DNA of 64,000 bases from Camelus ferus (lineage: Eukaryota). The notes beneath the pieces are model-generated. The model saw nothing but the letters and a program-made list of their open reading frames with translations, was not told the origin of the DNA and made no database searches. Shown piece by piece: positions 50,241-63,759 of the stretch. Position 1 is the stretch's first letter; each line of letters opens with the position of its first letter. The stretch covers positions 54,190,001-54,254,000 of the forward strand of contig NC_045707.1 of assembly GCF_009834535.1 (NCBI RefSeq). Reading direction: 5' to 3'. Both the position numbers and the translations under genes were made by a program.

Positions 50241-53200
50241 ATTTGAAGGTGATATCTAATTAAACAACAAAACTGTTTGAGTTTATAGTTTAATAAATCT
50301 GCTGCTGTCAAGGTGGGCTCAATCTGTCTCCTCCATCCCTCCATCCAATCCTATTGTTAAAAAAAAATGGTCATTTTAAAACTAAGTACTGGAATCCCTG
50401 TCATATTGTCTAAAACTGCATATTTATTTGTCACCAGAGAAGCTGTACAAAAATCTTGCTCTCTGACTCTTGAAAAGAAATATTACATTTGCTGTTAAAT
50501 TCTAGAATGAAAGTATGCATTTTTTTTTCTAAATAGGACCTTTTTTTTTTTTTTTTGGACTATTTCACAGACACCTACAATGACAGTGCTCTGCATGAAA
50601 TACTTATTTTGTAGGCCTCTAACTGTATCATATTCAAGGGCTTAACAAAAATCAGGAACATCACTGAATAATGCCAACATCTTTTTTGCCTGTGTGCTTT
50701 AAAAAAAAAAAAAGACTGCCTCCCTTTACATTTTTTTCTTCTTTGTTGTATTTAAAAGGAGTGGATAATCTAAAAATATTCCATGTTTTAATGTGGTTCA
50801 CAAAGTTTTTAAAATTTCTGGGGGCATGTTCAAAGCACTGCCCAGGGAACTTAGCCAACTACCTCCCATTAGCATGAATGGAAGTTCAGCTGACTTACTA
50901 CTCCACTTTGAAAGTTTGCCCCTTCATATTTTTCTAGTCAAATAAAAAGTTAACACTTAATTATTCCATGACTTTGAATTTGGGAGGAAAACTGACTTTT
51001 TGTCTGAGTCTTTCCAAATTGAAAAAAAAATTCATATAGCATTCACTTCCCTCCCAAGGAATTAAAAGCAATAGCTAAGAAGGAGAGAGTTAATACTGAA
51101 GTACACGCATATATATTCAGAGTTCTTCACTATGGATATATATCTGTCATGAATTGAAGTAACAGGGTAAATCATGAATAGGAAATTATAAATCTCATTT
51201 ATCTTCATCTTAGAAACTGGATATAGATATATTCTTTGTATAACCAAAACTATGAGGAAAATTTTGGTATGCTAAACCTGGTATATATTTCTAATATATT
51301 TACTGATTTTATTGCAGTGAGGAATTTTTCATACTTTTAAAAAAACTTTTAAATAAAACATAAGTCTGTTAGTCTTTGCCTTAGTTGTAAAGTAGCATGA
51401 TGTGAAAAAAAAATCCAATAGCTTCCTGATAGCATTATATATTCTATGTCCTAATGCCAGTGCAATTTAGGAGACACTAGCCTATGGAATTTCATTTGGA
51501 TTTAACAGAAATATTGAACAATATGAAAATATATGAGTAATAACTATTCTTTAATTTTAAAGCATCTTTAAAACTACCTAAATGATATTTTTCTACTGAA
51601 ATAAGTTTATTTAACCCTGACTCCTCCTCTCTATATAGACTGCTCCTACCTGTCACCAATATCCGTATGTACACTCATGCAACAACACACACACACCATG
51701 ATACACAAATCATCCTATACTCACACAGCCCTCACACTGACCCCCACGCTTCCCTGTGGGGGTTAAAAGGCTGCTTTAAAAAGACAGAGATGAGGGATTC
51801 ACAAAGGGGTACTTGTGATGATGTTACAGCAATAGCTTCTTTGCATTAAAATCTGAAAGTTGATTTTGGTTTTTCCTCTTTGACAAATGTTTACATCTGT
51901 TGATTACTCTAGTATTATTTAATACTTATAGTATAGACTTATTATCACATTATCACTATACAATTTAATTTACCCAATTTTTTATATGGTCTATTTTTTT
52001 TAAAAATGCAGACATCACTTTTTATAAAAGCAGTTCAATTTTTGAAGGGACTATTACGTTCTTTACTAACATATCCCTTCCTTTAAAATTTAGAGTGGTA
52101 AAATATTAATAAGAATCACATGCTTAGTAACTTACAGATATTTCTAGCTGTTGACTAACTTTAAGGTCCCATTAACTTTTCTAGTAACTGCATCAGTAGG
52201 TTGCTGGCAGGGAGAAAGAGTATAAGTGTTTTTCTAAATAGTGAGTTTGCTACCAGTGACTAACACACTGAGACTTTGTCCATCTGGAAAAAAAAAAGTC
52301 CCAACTTGAATTAATTACGCAGTGAAAAGATCAATCTGAGCACGTTTAGGAACTGCCTGAGATAGAAATAAGGGCATGTTTTCATCAGGGCCCTCTTATT
52401 AGGTATAATTTTCACCAAAAAAAAAAAAAAAAATTAAGATAATGTAGAAATACTAAGATTTTGGGGGGAATCAATTTATATTTCAAAAATTTCAAAAATA
52501 CGTGATTTTAACATATAATATTACTAAAATGATCACATATTAAATATTCATTGCTACTTTTGATTTTTTAAATAAAATTTCATCTTAGAAATGTGCACAG
52601 GGATTTGGACCAAGGAAGAGTGACTTTTCTGTTAAAAAAAAAAAAATCACTGTTTGATGTAATAGTCATATAAGACCAATAAACTGAGAAGAAAAATACT
52701 ATACTGAAAAATAAAAGTGTGTTATCTCTCATTAGTGCAAAAATGAAAAGCATTAAATCTCATAAGAAATGCTAATGTCTGAAAATGTTCATAATGACAT
52801 TTAAATGTGTCTACATTTTGTATTATTTAGATAATATTTGAAATATATTCTAAGTTGAAGATACAGGAAATATTAAGAATAATTTTCTTTTCCTTTACTG
52901 TTGAATGTGTTCTTAAATTTTACAGTAATTATGATCATTTAAAAAAAAGATTTTTAGGAAGTCTCATCCTACATGCCTTAAAATCAAACTTTTCAAATCA
53001 ATTCAATCAGCACTTAGAATCTGCTATTTTTTTTTATCATTATCCAGCAACAATGATCATACTAAGTATTTCCCAATTATTTGTTACCTTATTTTTCATG
53101 TATTTTAATACATGCATGATAGCTATGCTGATTCATCAGTACCTGATTCATTCTCAATGACAACTCCTCTACTACAACAAAATTTACAATTACAAAAAAC

Positions 53201-55234
53201 AAAAATTAAAAATTAAGTTTTCTGTGTGATTTAATAACAAAATATAAGTCAAGTATGCAAATATTTTATTTTGCACAGTATATTTTTAATCTTAGAGGGT
53301 CCTCACTTGGTGTCATATATGAGCTTTGAACTTATTTTTAAAATCCTGAGTAAACTTACCAATTATATTCATCTTATATTTGTGTTAGCTCTAATTTGGA
53401 ATTTTATTTTTGTGATTTTTGTGATTTTTAAATCAACTGTGAGTTTGCGCAATTTTTTTTTTCTATTTAATGCTCCATAGTTTAGAATATAAAAGAAAAC
53501 CCATAGACACATGCAGCTTAATAAATACGGCACACACACAATTCTGGATTAAAGTCTATCCTGAAGTTCACAGTAACAATAAGAATGTGAACTTGGGCTT
53601 TAATCCACAGTCTGTGCTCATAGACTTTCCAGACTTTGATGCTTGATATGCAACATTGTCACTCCTCAATAACTTATTTGTACATTTTAAAATTATTACT
53701 TATTTTAGTAATCTATTCAATTTATTGATTTACTCTTTCCTCGTAAAATATAAAATACTTCTGATCAATTCAGTTAAATCCAATGCTTTAACAGTGGTCA
53801 CTTATTAAAAGCCAAAAAATGAGCTAAATTATTACTACTGTGTAAAGTCATTAAATCACATTAAATTTCAATATTATATTTTTCAAAAGATAAGCCTATT
53901 TTCAATATTAAAAACATGAATGCACTTCACTACTCTTAGAGTATATTCTTTACCTCTTTCAAGTGTTTGTATCTGCAACAAAATAAAAATTATTCACTGT
54001 TTGTGTCTAGCTGCATTTTTACCTAATAGATACTGGGAAAATCTGCCTCCTGCTACATATGATTTTTTTTAACATCTACATCTAAATATATGTGAAATAT
54101 TATTTATACATATTATAGAAAACAGATATATTCATATACTTAATTAAATCAGCAACTTTATTCATTGTGAAAATTACATCAGTTTGAGTAATTTATATCC
54201 TTCTATAACTTTAAATATGTGTGCTTACAATCAGTGAGAAACTAGACTATCAGTACGAGTTGTTGACCTGATGACGTTAACATTTTTTTTCTCTCCATTC
54301 ATCACGAGGGCAGTTTCACAATATCACGATATATGACCATCTCACTGGCTGTTCCACAGATATGAGAATATTCATCACATGATGCATCAAGTATAGCTAC
54401 GTTATTAACATTTTTAAAAGACCTTGGGTTATTTGTTTACTTCAAATATTTGGGGAAAAATAAAAATAACAGTGAAAAATGTGAGACTTCTTCTGAAGGT
54501 AAAAACTGCTCCAGATACCTTTAAATTGCTAAACCCCAGTGGCTGAAGGAAACAAGTTCCACATTCCTTATTTAGCTTAAGTAAAGGTAAACCTTAAGAT
54601 TAGTTCGGAAACTGGTGATCGAAGAAAGAAGGGTGAACAATATCCTCACAATCACTATTTTACAGAAAAGTCAAAATTTCCTTTTAAAAATTGTATAATA
54701 ATGCTTGAGATAGAATTTGTTAAACTAGAAATATTATACAGCCTTCACCTGTGTTTTAAATTACCCCAGTGACTACAAATTAGCTATAACCTGAATGTTC
54801 AGACTCCAAGTGGCATACATTTATAAAGCCATCAATTAAAAAGCAGAAAGCAAAGACACTGCATAGGTCCCTTAGTACATTTTGTAAACATAGATTTAAT
54901 TATAATTCTCACTATATACTAAATAAACCCTCACTGAAAATTTTGGTGGGAAAAAACTTCAATTCCTTTTTTGAAATTTCAATAAAAATATTTTCTTCAT
55001 TAGAAAATAATTTTGGTGTATTAAGAATATGCTCAAATTTACTTAAAGCTACCATATTTGGTATGCCCTAATTTAAAGAAAAAGAATATTTAACTGAATT
55101 CGATCTTTCTCTAGCTCCCCAAACAGTAAATTTACTCACAGATTGGATTAGTTTAAATGCTACAATGTAAGGGAACATTCAAACCACTTAGCTACCTCTC
55201 TACTGAAGAAATAAATTAATAATTACTAATGGTT

Positions 55235-55740
55235 ATTACAGAGTTATGATTATTGAGCACTCGTTATGTACTAAGCAATGTCTTAAGTACTTAGCATAAA
55301 CTAGTTTGTTTAATCCTTACAAATATCATATGAACCTTTAGCACCATTTTATAAATGAAGAGAAACGTTCCTAGAGATTAACTCATTCGCCAAAGTTCTA
55401 AAAATCTATTAAGTGGCAGAGCCAGGATTTGAACACACAACTCCCCGACTGGGAAGCCCATAGTCATATATTCATCCTGGGCCCTTCTCAAATCCCAGTA
55501 TTTAGCTCCCTAGACTGTTTAGCAATCACTTTAACCCTCTTCATAACAAAAAAGGTACCACCATCATAATCATCATCACCATCATCATCTACACCACTAA
55601 GATCACCAGCTCCAGCACCAACAATCCCTCCATTTTATAAAGAATAAGAATCGGAACATCAAGGAAGTCAAGAGACTTACCCAAAGTTACCCAGCTAGTA
55701 AATGATACAGTTAATGCACGTGTAATCCAAGCCTAACCTC
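55235..55740 (-). mobile_element. Two MIR SINEs separated by a (CAT/CAC)n low-complexity tract
   Basis: taagtggcagagccaggatttgaac; gacttacccaaagttacccagctagtaaatg; catcatcaccatcatcat near 55570. Confidence 0.75.
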
Positions 55741-58474
55741 ACGGTATGAAATTAGCCCTTCTTGTAAGAATGAAGGCTGGCTATAATCTTCTAGAAAATG
55801 TTTATACCTAAAGAGAAAATATTTTATTCACCAAAAATAATTATTTTAAAATTGCTTTGGTTTTGATAAATTAGAAACAAGTTAGAATCTAATGTAGATA
55901 GATGCCTGCTTCTTAAACTCAAGGACAAAATTATAAAGATCTCTTTTGCTCTGCTGGATCTAGTTTGCATCAAGAAGTGTTTGAAGAATTTGTTACATCT
56001 AGTTTGTAATCTGTCCAAAAAGCAGGAGATTTTGTCTGGATCATTTATATAATCTCCATGCCTAAAACAGTTCCTAGCATATATTTGTTGGATAAAATGC
56101 AAATAACTCTGGAAGGAAAAAAACATAATAAAAGCTGAAAGGAGCCTGCAAAATGTTCCTAGTCTATCCCTTTCAAAGAGGAGGAAAATGAGACTCAAAG
56201 AGGAAAAGTTAATTGCTTAAGACCACAGAGTTAGCTAACAGCACGGATTCAGAAACATTTGCTTTATTAAAAATAGACTAACTTTTGTTTTATAATGTAC
56301 TCCTCAATACTGAAGTGAACCAGTACTTTTTTCCAAATGTAGTCAGTGTATACATAATTTGCTTAATACTGGGGTAATACAAAGGTGCGTAAGAATTTAA
56401 TCATCTTTTAAATACTTTATATCCTAACTGGTGTGGCAGACGTTCCACACAATCCATCACAATGTCAGTGAGAAAGTGATGCACTGATTGAAGGAGGACT
56501 GAGAGGAGGCTCAGGGCAGAAATATGGTTTAGGTGAGGGGGAGGGAATTCAACACAGAGGGAGGCAGAGTCAGCACAAGCAATGAGCCTGTTTTCTAAAA
56601 CATGGTGTTGTGAGCCGAAAATAAAGGGCTTTAAAAAATATATGCATATATACACTATTTTTCAGTACATTAAAATATACTACCTTTAGGACATATTACT
56701 ACTGATATCAAGGGTGCTCATTTTCTTATGTTTGTTTGCTCTCAAATATGAGCAAGCTTAAGGAAAAGAGTATCTTCAACAGTTTAAGTGCCTACATTTA
56801 AAAAATATTTTATATTATTATTTTATAAATTTTTTAAGTGGAAGCATTTTTCCTTTCCAAAGTAAAGTGATGTTTTAGGGTCAAAATTGAACTATTTTAC
56901 TGCTCAGTGTTGGATTAAGGACAAAATGTTGCATGAAGAGCCCTGGACTTCTGAAGGCAAAAAAAAATCTGGGCTCAAATTCAATGAGTTAATGGCATTA
57001 AGAAGAAAGCCTGGCTTAAAATAAACCCTCAACTGGTAGTTACTATTTTTACTCTTACGGCTGTTGTTACTATAGTATAATGAAGACCAGTGGAAACAAA
57101 GTATTTAGAATATTTTAGAAAATATTAATTACTACTCATAAGTGAACATGTTATATGTCATATATAGATACCTTTATGCTAGGTAAGATTATTATCCACA
57201 GGCTTATTACTACAAGTAAGCTTAAGGAGATCATTTTCTAAATCATTTCTGTTTTTGATGTATTTCTGTATATGTTTTTGCTTCCCTGCCAAATTGCTAA
57301 TTCTTTATTTCTGCCCTGCTGCCAACATTTTCTAGTTTCAACTTTTTTTGTAATTAATATTTTTTTCTGTAATTAGTAACAGTAACCAAATACAATGTCT
57401 CATTGCACTGACTTGGTTAGACTCTATTTCAGTTCCTATTTTTCCCATTATAAACTTCTATTTTCAAGCCACATGATTTAAAAAAAAAAGTTTCCTTAGG
57501 CTGAGGCTTTAGAGACATAACTTCAGCATAATTTTTTTTTCAAACAAACTAAAAAAAGTCAACCACATATTTTTAAGTTAAAACGGAATTTTCCAGTGAC
57601 TTTACCCAACACCTACAGTGGGGAGTGGGAGACACTTGATTTCAGAATTTCTGGTAACCAAACATTAAAAGACTTACCCATATAGAAAAGCACTGTGGCT
57701 TTAGCAGTATTGATTATTTTTTTAATCACTGTTAATGAACTGTACTGTCAAAATAACTTCAACATATGCACTCTGTGTTCCCATACTTAAATTATGAGGC
57801 AGTATAAACAATAGACATAAATTACGCAGAGGCCACAAGGAGAATTAGTGCAAAATTCCATGATCTGTGAGTGGAAAATTTTAAATTAATCCTTTGTTGT
57901 AGTGAAAAAGACTATCAAATGGACAATTTGTAGCATTTCCCTTCCTGCTTGAGCTACTAGGTCACCTCATTCTGCTAACTGATAACATCGAAAGCTGTGA
58001 GGCCCAATAATGAAATGGCAAGACAATTCTAGGAAAAAAGGGTGACTAGTTGGAGTAAACTGTTATGTTTAGCACAACTCTACATGTTTCATGGTCCTGA
58101 AGAAGAAGGGGGGCAGAGATAAGGCAACCAACAGCAAAGAGCAGAGAACTGGCAGGCAGACAGAAATGGGGCTTAGAAGGGAAGGAATAAAGATTGAAAT
58201 AATTAGGTAAAAGAAGATACATTATAGACAAGTGTTGTGTGACAGACTTACCAACACAACTGTTTAAAGTCCTTTTGAAAAGAGTCCATAATTTGTGACT
58301 TTAGTATTTCTAAAGTCATCACAGTCAAGCAGTTCAAAATCATATAAAGCACATGCTATCCTCATGATTTTTTTTGTTATTTCACTGGTTCTGGGTACAT
58401 TCTCTGCTTCCCTGAACTAAATTGCAGACTTGAATAATGCAACTTGAGCCTTATGCTTGTTGGTATTTATTAAC

Positions 58475-58810
58475 CATTCAATCATTCAAATGTATTTACT
58501 GGGAGGGACAGTCTACTGCGGGGGTTTGGATCTTGCTCCTGAGAGCCAGAGCGCCTCTGCTCAGATCTGGGTTTCACCGCCACTAACCAAAGTGAGTAAA
58601 TACCTCACCTCTCTGTGCCTCAGTTTCCCCATTTGAAAACTAGGGATAATTAGGTATACCTACTGCATAATTGTGGTGAGGATGGAATGAGTTAATACAT
58701 GTTCCCTGCTTAGAACAGTGCCTGACCCAGCGAGGGCTGCAGTGGGGTGGACAGCGAGGAAAACCGCAGTGCCCACTCTCACGGAGCTTACAGCCTAGAG
58801 GGGAACAGCC
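58475..58810. mobile_element. MIR inserted in an L2 3' fragment
   Basis: cattcaatcattcaaatgtatttactg (reverse L2 tail); cacctctctgtgcctcagtttccccatttg (MIR); cccactctcacggagcttacagcctag (L2). Confidence 0.7.
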
Positions 58811-58897
58811 TCACAGCACTGTTTAGAACTCAGCTAGGACACGTGAAATATTTGATGAGTAAAATTTCATTAGCCCAATGATATTAAATAACCTGGA

Positions 58898-58931
58898 GTG
58901 TGTGTGAGTATGTGAGTGTGTGTGTGTGTGT
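58898..58931 (+). repeat. Imperfect (TG)n
   Basis: Directly visible. Confidence 0.85.
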
Positions 58932-60314
58932 ATACATGCTTTTAAGTAGAAGAAAATGTGAAAATGTAAAGGAACTACTTTAACATCATTTTTTAAAGTG
59001 AGAGAAACAAGATTCTTCCCAAGGCAGGTATGGGTGGGTATTTATTCCAAAGGTACCCATAACGTTGGTCTTCTAGCAAACTGCAGCGGTAAGGCTTAGC
59101 TGTAGAAGCCCTTTGTAGACTGCCCTGTAAGGAACCATTGTGTGATCACGGACCAATTTTTTTTTTAACTCACCTGGATCTGCTTTCCTGACTTTTAAAA
59201 TAAAGGAACTGAACTGGTTGATCTCTAAGGCTCTTGTTCACATACAGTATAACATTACATTAAGGAATTTGGTGAATTTATCTAGAGGAGTTAAGTTCTC
59301 AAGATAGGTTTTTTAAAAACCATGAAACGCACAAGAACACAAAGATAGCATGAAATTAAAGGACTGAATCATGCTCACAGGTATGAATTTACAGTTGAAG
59401 AAAATAAATACTCTTAAGTTTTGGGATGCAATGATTTGTTTACAGGACTATCAAGGTATTGCATCAGTGTACGTTACATACTTGTTTTCAAAGTAGCATT
59501 AAACAATAAGAAATGAAATAGCAAATGACTTGTTCCTTATAATACACATGTCCCTTACCATGTATCAAATATAATTTTGATTGTAATTCAATATTAGGGA
59601 AAAGTAATATCCAATTAGAAAGATAAATAATTTCATTTACATGAATTACAAAGTGTGAAAAAAATTTCTAAATTAAAAGGGAAAATAAGAAGAAAAAGAA
59701 TTTCTAAATACTCTCTGAAATGAGATGAGGGCTTCCATTATAAAAAGAAGCATTTCTTAATATGATATATTTAAAAAATTATGTCCAGTACTAATTCGAT
59801 ATAGTTTTAAGTCACAAAGGGCTAAATGTTTCCTGGAAACAATGAGCAACTTCAAAGCTGAAAAGACAACATAGGAATAAAGATATTTTTAAGTGGACCT
59901 GAAGGTTGCACAGGCCACATCTGACACTGTTATGGTATGGTTTAGGAAAGAGCAACCACAAAGACAGCATGCCAAGCAATGCTTTATGTGTTTTAAAAGT
60001 TAACAAAGGGAGTGGGTCTGAATTAGTTAGAACATAGAGTAATTAAAAGACATACTCTTGAATGATGCTACTTAAGTTGTCGCAATGTATACCAAGGAAG
60101 AGACCCTGACATATTTTTAAATGGATGGCTCTGGAAAAAAAAATCAATCAATATTTTAATAAAATAAAAATCTAAGAAACATGGAAAAAGTCGTCAGGAG
60201 GTTACACTTTTCATTCTTGTTCCAGTGGATACAATAAAGCCTATACTAGCCCATTTAAGAACATACAACCCACACCTCTTCCTCTCAGGCAGCACTCCGT
60301 GCAGTTTACCATAC

Positions 60315-60443
60315 CTGTGGAAAGCTGTCCGTCCTTGGCAAAACTGATATGTCATAGGTGGCCGCAAAGTGGCTTTTAGCTTGTTGGATTTGGCCATAAC
60401 GTTCTCTTTTTCTCCACTTGGCCCTTCGATTTTGAAACCAAAC
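60315..60443 (-). CDS. ALX1: ALX1 coding exon 3 (129 bp); recognition helix
   Basis: Manual translation [43 protein letters not shown] (this frame is not in the ORF track). Acceptor ttAG|GTT, donor CAG|GTatgg. The intron before VWFQNRR is the position typical of paired-class homeobox genes. Confidence 0.98.
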
Positions 60444-63400
60444 CTAATTTTTTTAAAAAAGTAGAATTTTAGGAAAGATATAGTTGATAATGTAAATGTG
60501 ATGTTCAAAAATTTTGAATCAGCAAGGCAAACAAGGTGAACAAACTTACTAATAAAGGGATTTTTGTTTTAATGTCAAGGGAGGATCCACAAATTTAACT
60601 TTCTATTTTACCCTGAGAAGTGCCATATCCATGAGGCAATAAAATTTAATAAAAAGACACAAGACACTTCTAAAAATGTATTTAAAATGTCTGAGCCTCT
60701 GTTTTTTCCATTTATGGAAGATAAAAAAGAATCAGATTATATGATCTTGAAGACACCTTATATCTCCAAATTATCACAGACAATCCTCCTCTCAGAGAAT
60801 GCTGCAAGTCTGGACAACATTCATAACTTCTTAGTTCGGGCTTATCCATTAACTCAGTCAATCTATAACCAATTAATAACTGGGTCTGTCAAAACAATTA
60901 CCTTTAAAAATGTCACAAAAGTGAAGACTCTTCTAGATTGTACTCATATTTAGAAAAACTTAGAAAAATGTAAACATAAACAGTACATCTAAAACAAATA
61001 GCATCAGCAGAAATATCATGACTATTTAGAAACATAAAATGTTAAGAATATATATTATATTGAACATGGTAAAGACTGTATATAAAATGGCACCACCTGA
61101 AGCTGAACTATGGTTTTAAAATATACAAATTGTTTATTACATAAATTACACCACTAGTAACATTTATATTCTCTTATAGAAAATGCTCATAATACTCAAA
61201 ATCATTTCTACAATTTAAAAGATTTACAGATAATATAAATAATAAAATAAATAGGGCAGTATAACCAAGTGTCAAGAAGCCTGTGGGTTAGTGCGGCCTC
61301 TGACAAAGTCCCTAAACTGTCTTCCAAATCTTCTAAATCTAATTAATGACATACTAGGAATATTCATCATAACAGCTGTCTTCCTCAGAGGGTTAAATAT
61401 TCACTAATTCACACTAGTAGCTCTCCAGAATCTTCACTTTACTATTTTAAGGTATCAAAGGGAGATACAGAATTTTATATTCAATATGTATAATTTGACA
61501 TTTTTGAGTCAACATTACATGAGCAGCTATTAGGGTAACTCTTCAGTCTTTACAGAACCATGTTCAGAATATAAAATATTTAGAGAAGCTGGAAATAAAC
61601 GATAAAAATGCAAATTATCAAAAACCTTTCATTAACATTTACTTTAAATTTCTACTCTGTTTCATACTCAATTCCAAGCTCTCATATCTTTACCTTCACA
61701 CTTAGGGAAACATATTAAAGCTCAGTCTGAGGTGTAAGCATGCACTGCCAACTGAAGACGGTACTTTGAAGTGTTTTCCAATTGAAAGAAGGCAAAGAGA
61801 GCTACCTGTTCAGCACAGTTTCTTAGAACACTGCTGGGAGCTGTGTACTAGCCACTATTTCAGGGCCCAAGACACATCAACAGCAAAACAAAACATACTT
61901 TCTTGCAGCCCCCACTCTCAGGCACCAGGAGAGCACTAAGGGAACTGTAATCAGAGTTTTTTCATTGAGAAAAAGACCCTGACAATCTCCCTAAGATGGG
62001 GGCTGGTTACCACTCTGCTGTGAGAAGCAGGAAGGAGAACCCACCGGAGTAAATGAGGTGCAGGCTGGCTCTCTGCACAGGGTCTTAGACCAGAATTAAT
62101 CAGGACTTGATGAGATGTTAAAGGGGAAACCTGCATTGTGCACAGTTGATCACTCAGTGTGTAAACATAGTTTTCTATGGTTACAAGAATAACTAATTTA
62201 AATATAGGAACACAAGGCCAAAAAACACACTTGCGGGAGTTGTGTTAACACTTCACAAGTCCAAATTCTTCCTTAGCATCAACTTTCTATATATTTACTT
62301 CCTGAACTAAGATAAAGTAACCATTTGTCTCCACAAACTAAAGCAGAAATCTGCTGCTTGTTATTCCTGCACCACCAGATGTTGTCTTTACTGACGTATG
62401 AGGGCCTTACAATGGCTTAATCTTCAAAAGGAATACTATTACTCCAGTCAGAACAAAATTTTTTGCTATTTTATTTACTTCTCTAGTCTAGTGGTTTATA
62501 GGAATTGCAAAACTTAGGACTTTTTTACTTAGAGTAGTAAAAACACAAAGGAAATGTTCGTTCTCCTGAATTACTATTATTTGGGAAATAATACAGTTTA
62601 CAAATAGCAAAGCTAGTAAAAATAAAATGTGCCTAAAAGGAAGAGTTGTATCAGTATAATTTTATTTTTTCAAATTACTAGAAATTAAGCATATTGAATC
62701 ATCCAATTAGATAATCTGAATATAATCTATAAATATAATTGACTTAAATTTATATTTTTAAAAATTACCTTAAGATTATTATGACTACTGCCTTGGCAAA
62801 AATCATGTTATCTAGATTTTAAAAATTATAATGGAATGGCATGCATTGGCAATTCCTGGGGCTAGAAAATTGTAGATGAGCTATATATTTCTTCAATTAT
62901 GTACAGTGAAAATAGTTTATGGCTTATATAACAACTGGGAGTTTGTGAGATTGTTTCATCTTTTCTTTGTTTTATTATAACTCCAATCTTAAACTATAAA
63001 TTTATGGGCTATTACACAAATAACTTATCAACATTGGGTATATAACCTAAAAAGAACCTAAGTGGTTGATAAAATAGAAAAATAAAATACATGTATTACT
63101 AGACTGTAGAGCTATAACTCTGACTTTTTATCCTTTAAAAATTACTTTTTAAAATCAGAAATTTATCATATTATGTTCTTTTAAAAGAATCGTTAGTTTC
63201 TATGTCTATATAACAACTCAAGTGTTCTTTTGTTTTATACCTGTGTGTGAGTTGTCAAATTCTCGGCAAGTAAAAAGGAATTTTAATAGACTGACATGCA
63301 TATATTATACTGTTCTATATGTTCAGTAGGAGAATCAGTTTCTTCCTTTATTGGTAAAATGCAGCTATTGAATTATTCGAACACTATCCCACCCCCACCT

Positions 63401-63454
63401 CCCCACCCACCAAACACACACACACCCACCCCCAAGCCTTCATTTGGCTCCTAC
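60444..63454 (-). other. ALX1: ALX1 intron 2 (3011 bp, GT-AG)
   Basis: Defined by the flanking exon junctions. Confidence 0.95.
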
Positions 63455-63759
63455 CTGGACCCTGGCCTCAGTCAGCTCTGTCCTCAGAGCAAGCTGTTCT
63501 CTGACATACACATCCGGGTAGTGGGTTTTCTGAAAGACCTTTTCCAGCTCCTCCAGCTGCAAGCTGGTGAAGGTGGTCCGGTGTCTCCGCTTCTTACTGC
63601 TGGATACGTTGCTGTCACATTTATCCCCAAGTTCATCCAGTTCTCCCTTCTCTGGCATCCCTTTCACGGGAGACATCCGGAGGCTGTTACAGTTGTCCAT
63701 AGCTCTATTTAGCTCGGTGTGAAGAGGCTGTCCTTCTACTTTAGTGATCCCATAGTTCA
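63455..63759 (-). CDS. ALX1: ALX homeobox 1, coding exon 2 (305 bp); homeodomain N-terminal arm to start of helix 3
   Basis: Translates (V)[23 protein letters not shown]...[47 protein letters not shown], matching ALX1/CART1. Acceptor ttttccccctctgggtacAG|TG (phase 1); donor CAG|GTagga (phase 0). Confidence 0.98.

Larger units (their letters stand above)
46334..60314 (-). other. ALX1: ALX1 intron 3 (13981 bp, GT-AG)
   Basis: Defined by the flanking exon junctions. Confidence 0.95.

Noticed and set aside
60194..60508. 104-aa ORF over exon 3
   Set aside because: Shifted frame of exon 3; the true frame reads [10 protein letters not shown].
63296..63712. 138-aa antisense ORF
   Set aside because: Shadow of exon 2 plus the C-rich tract; no recognisable protein features.
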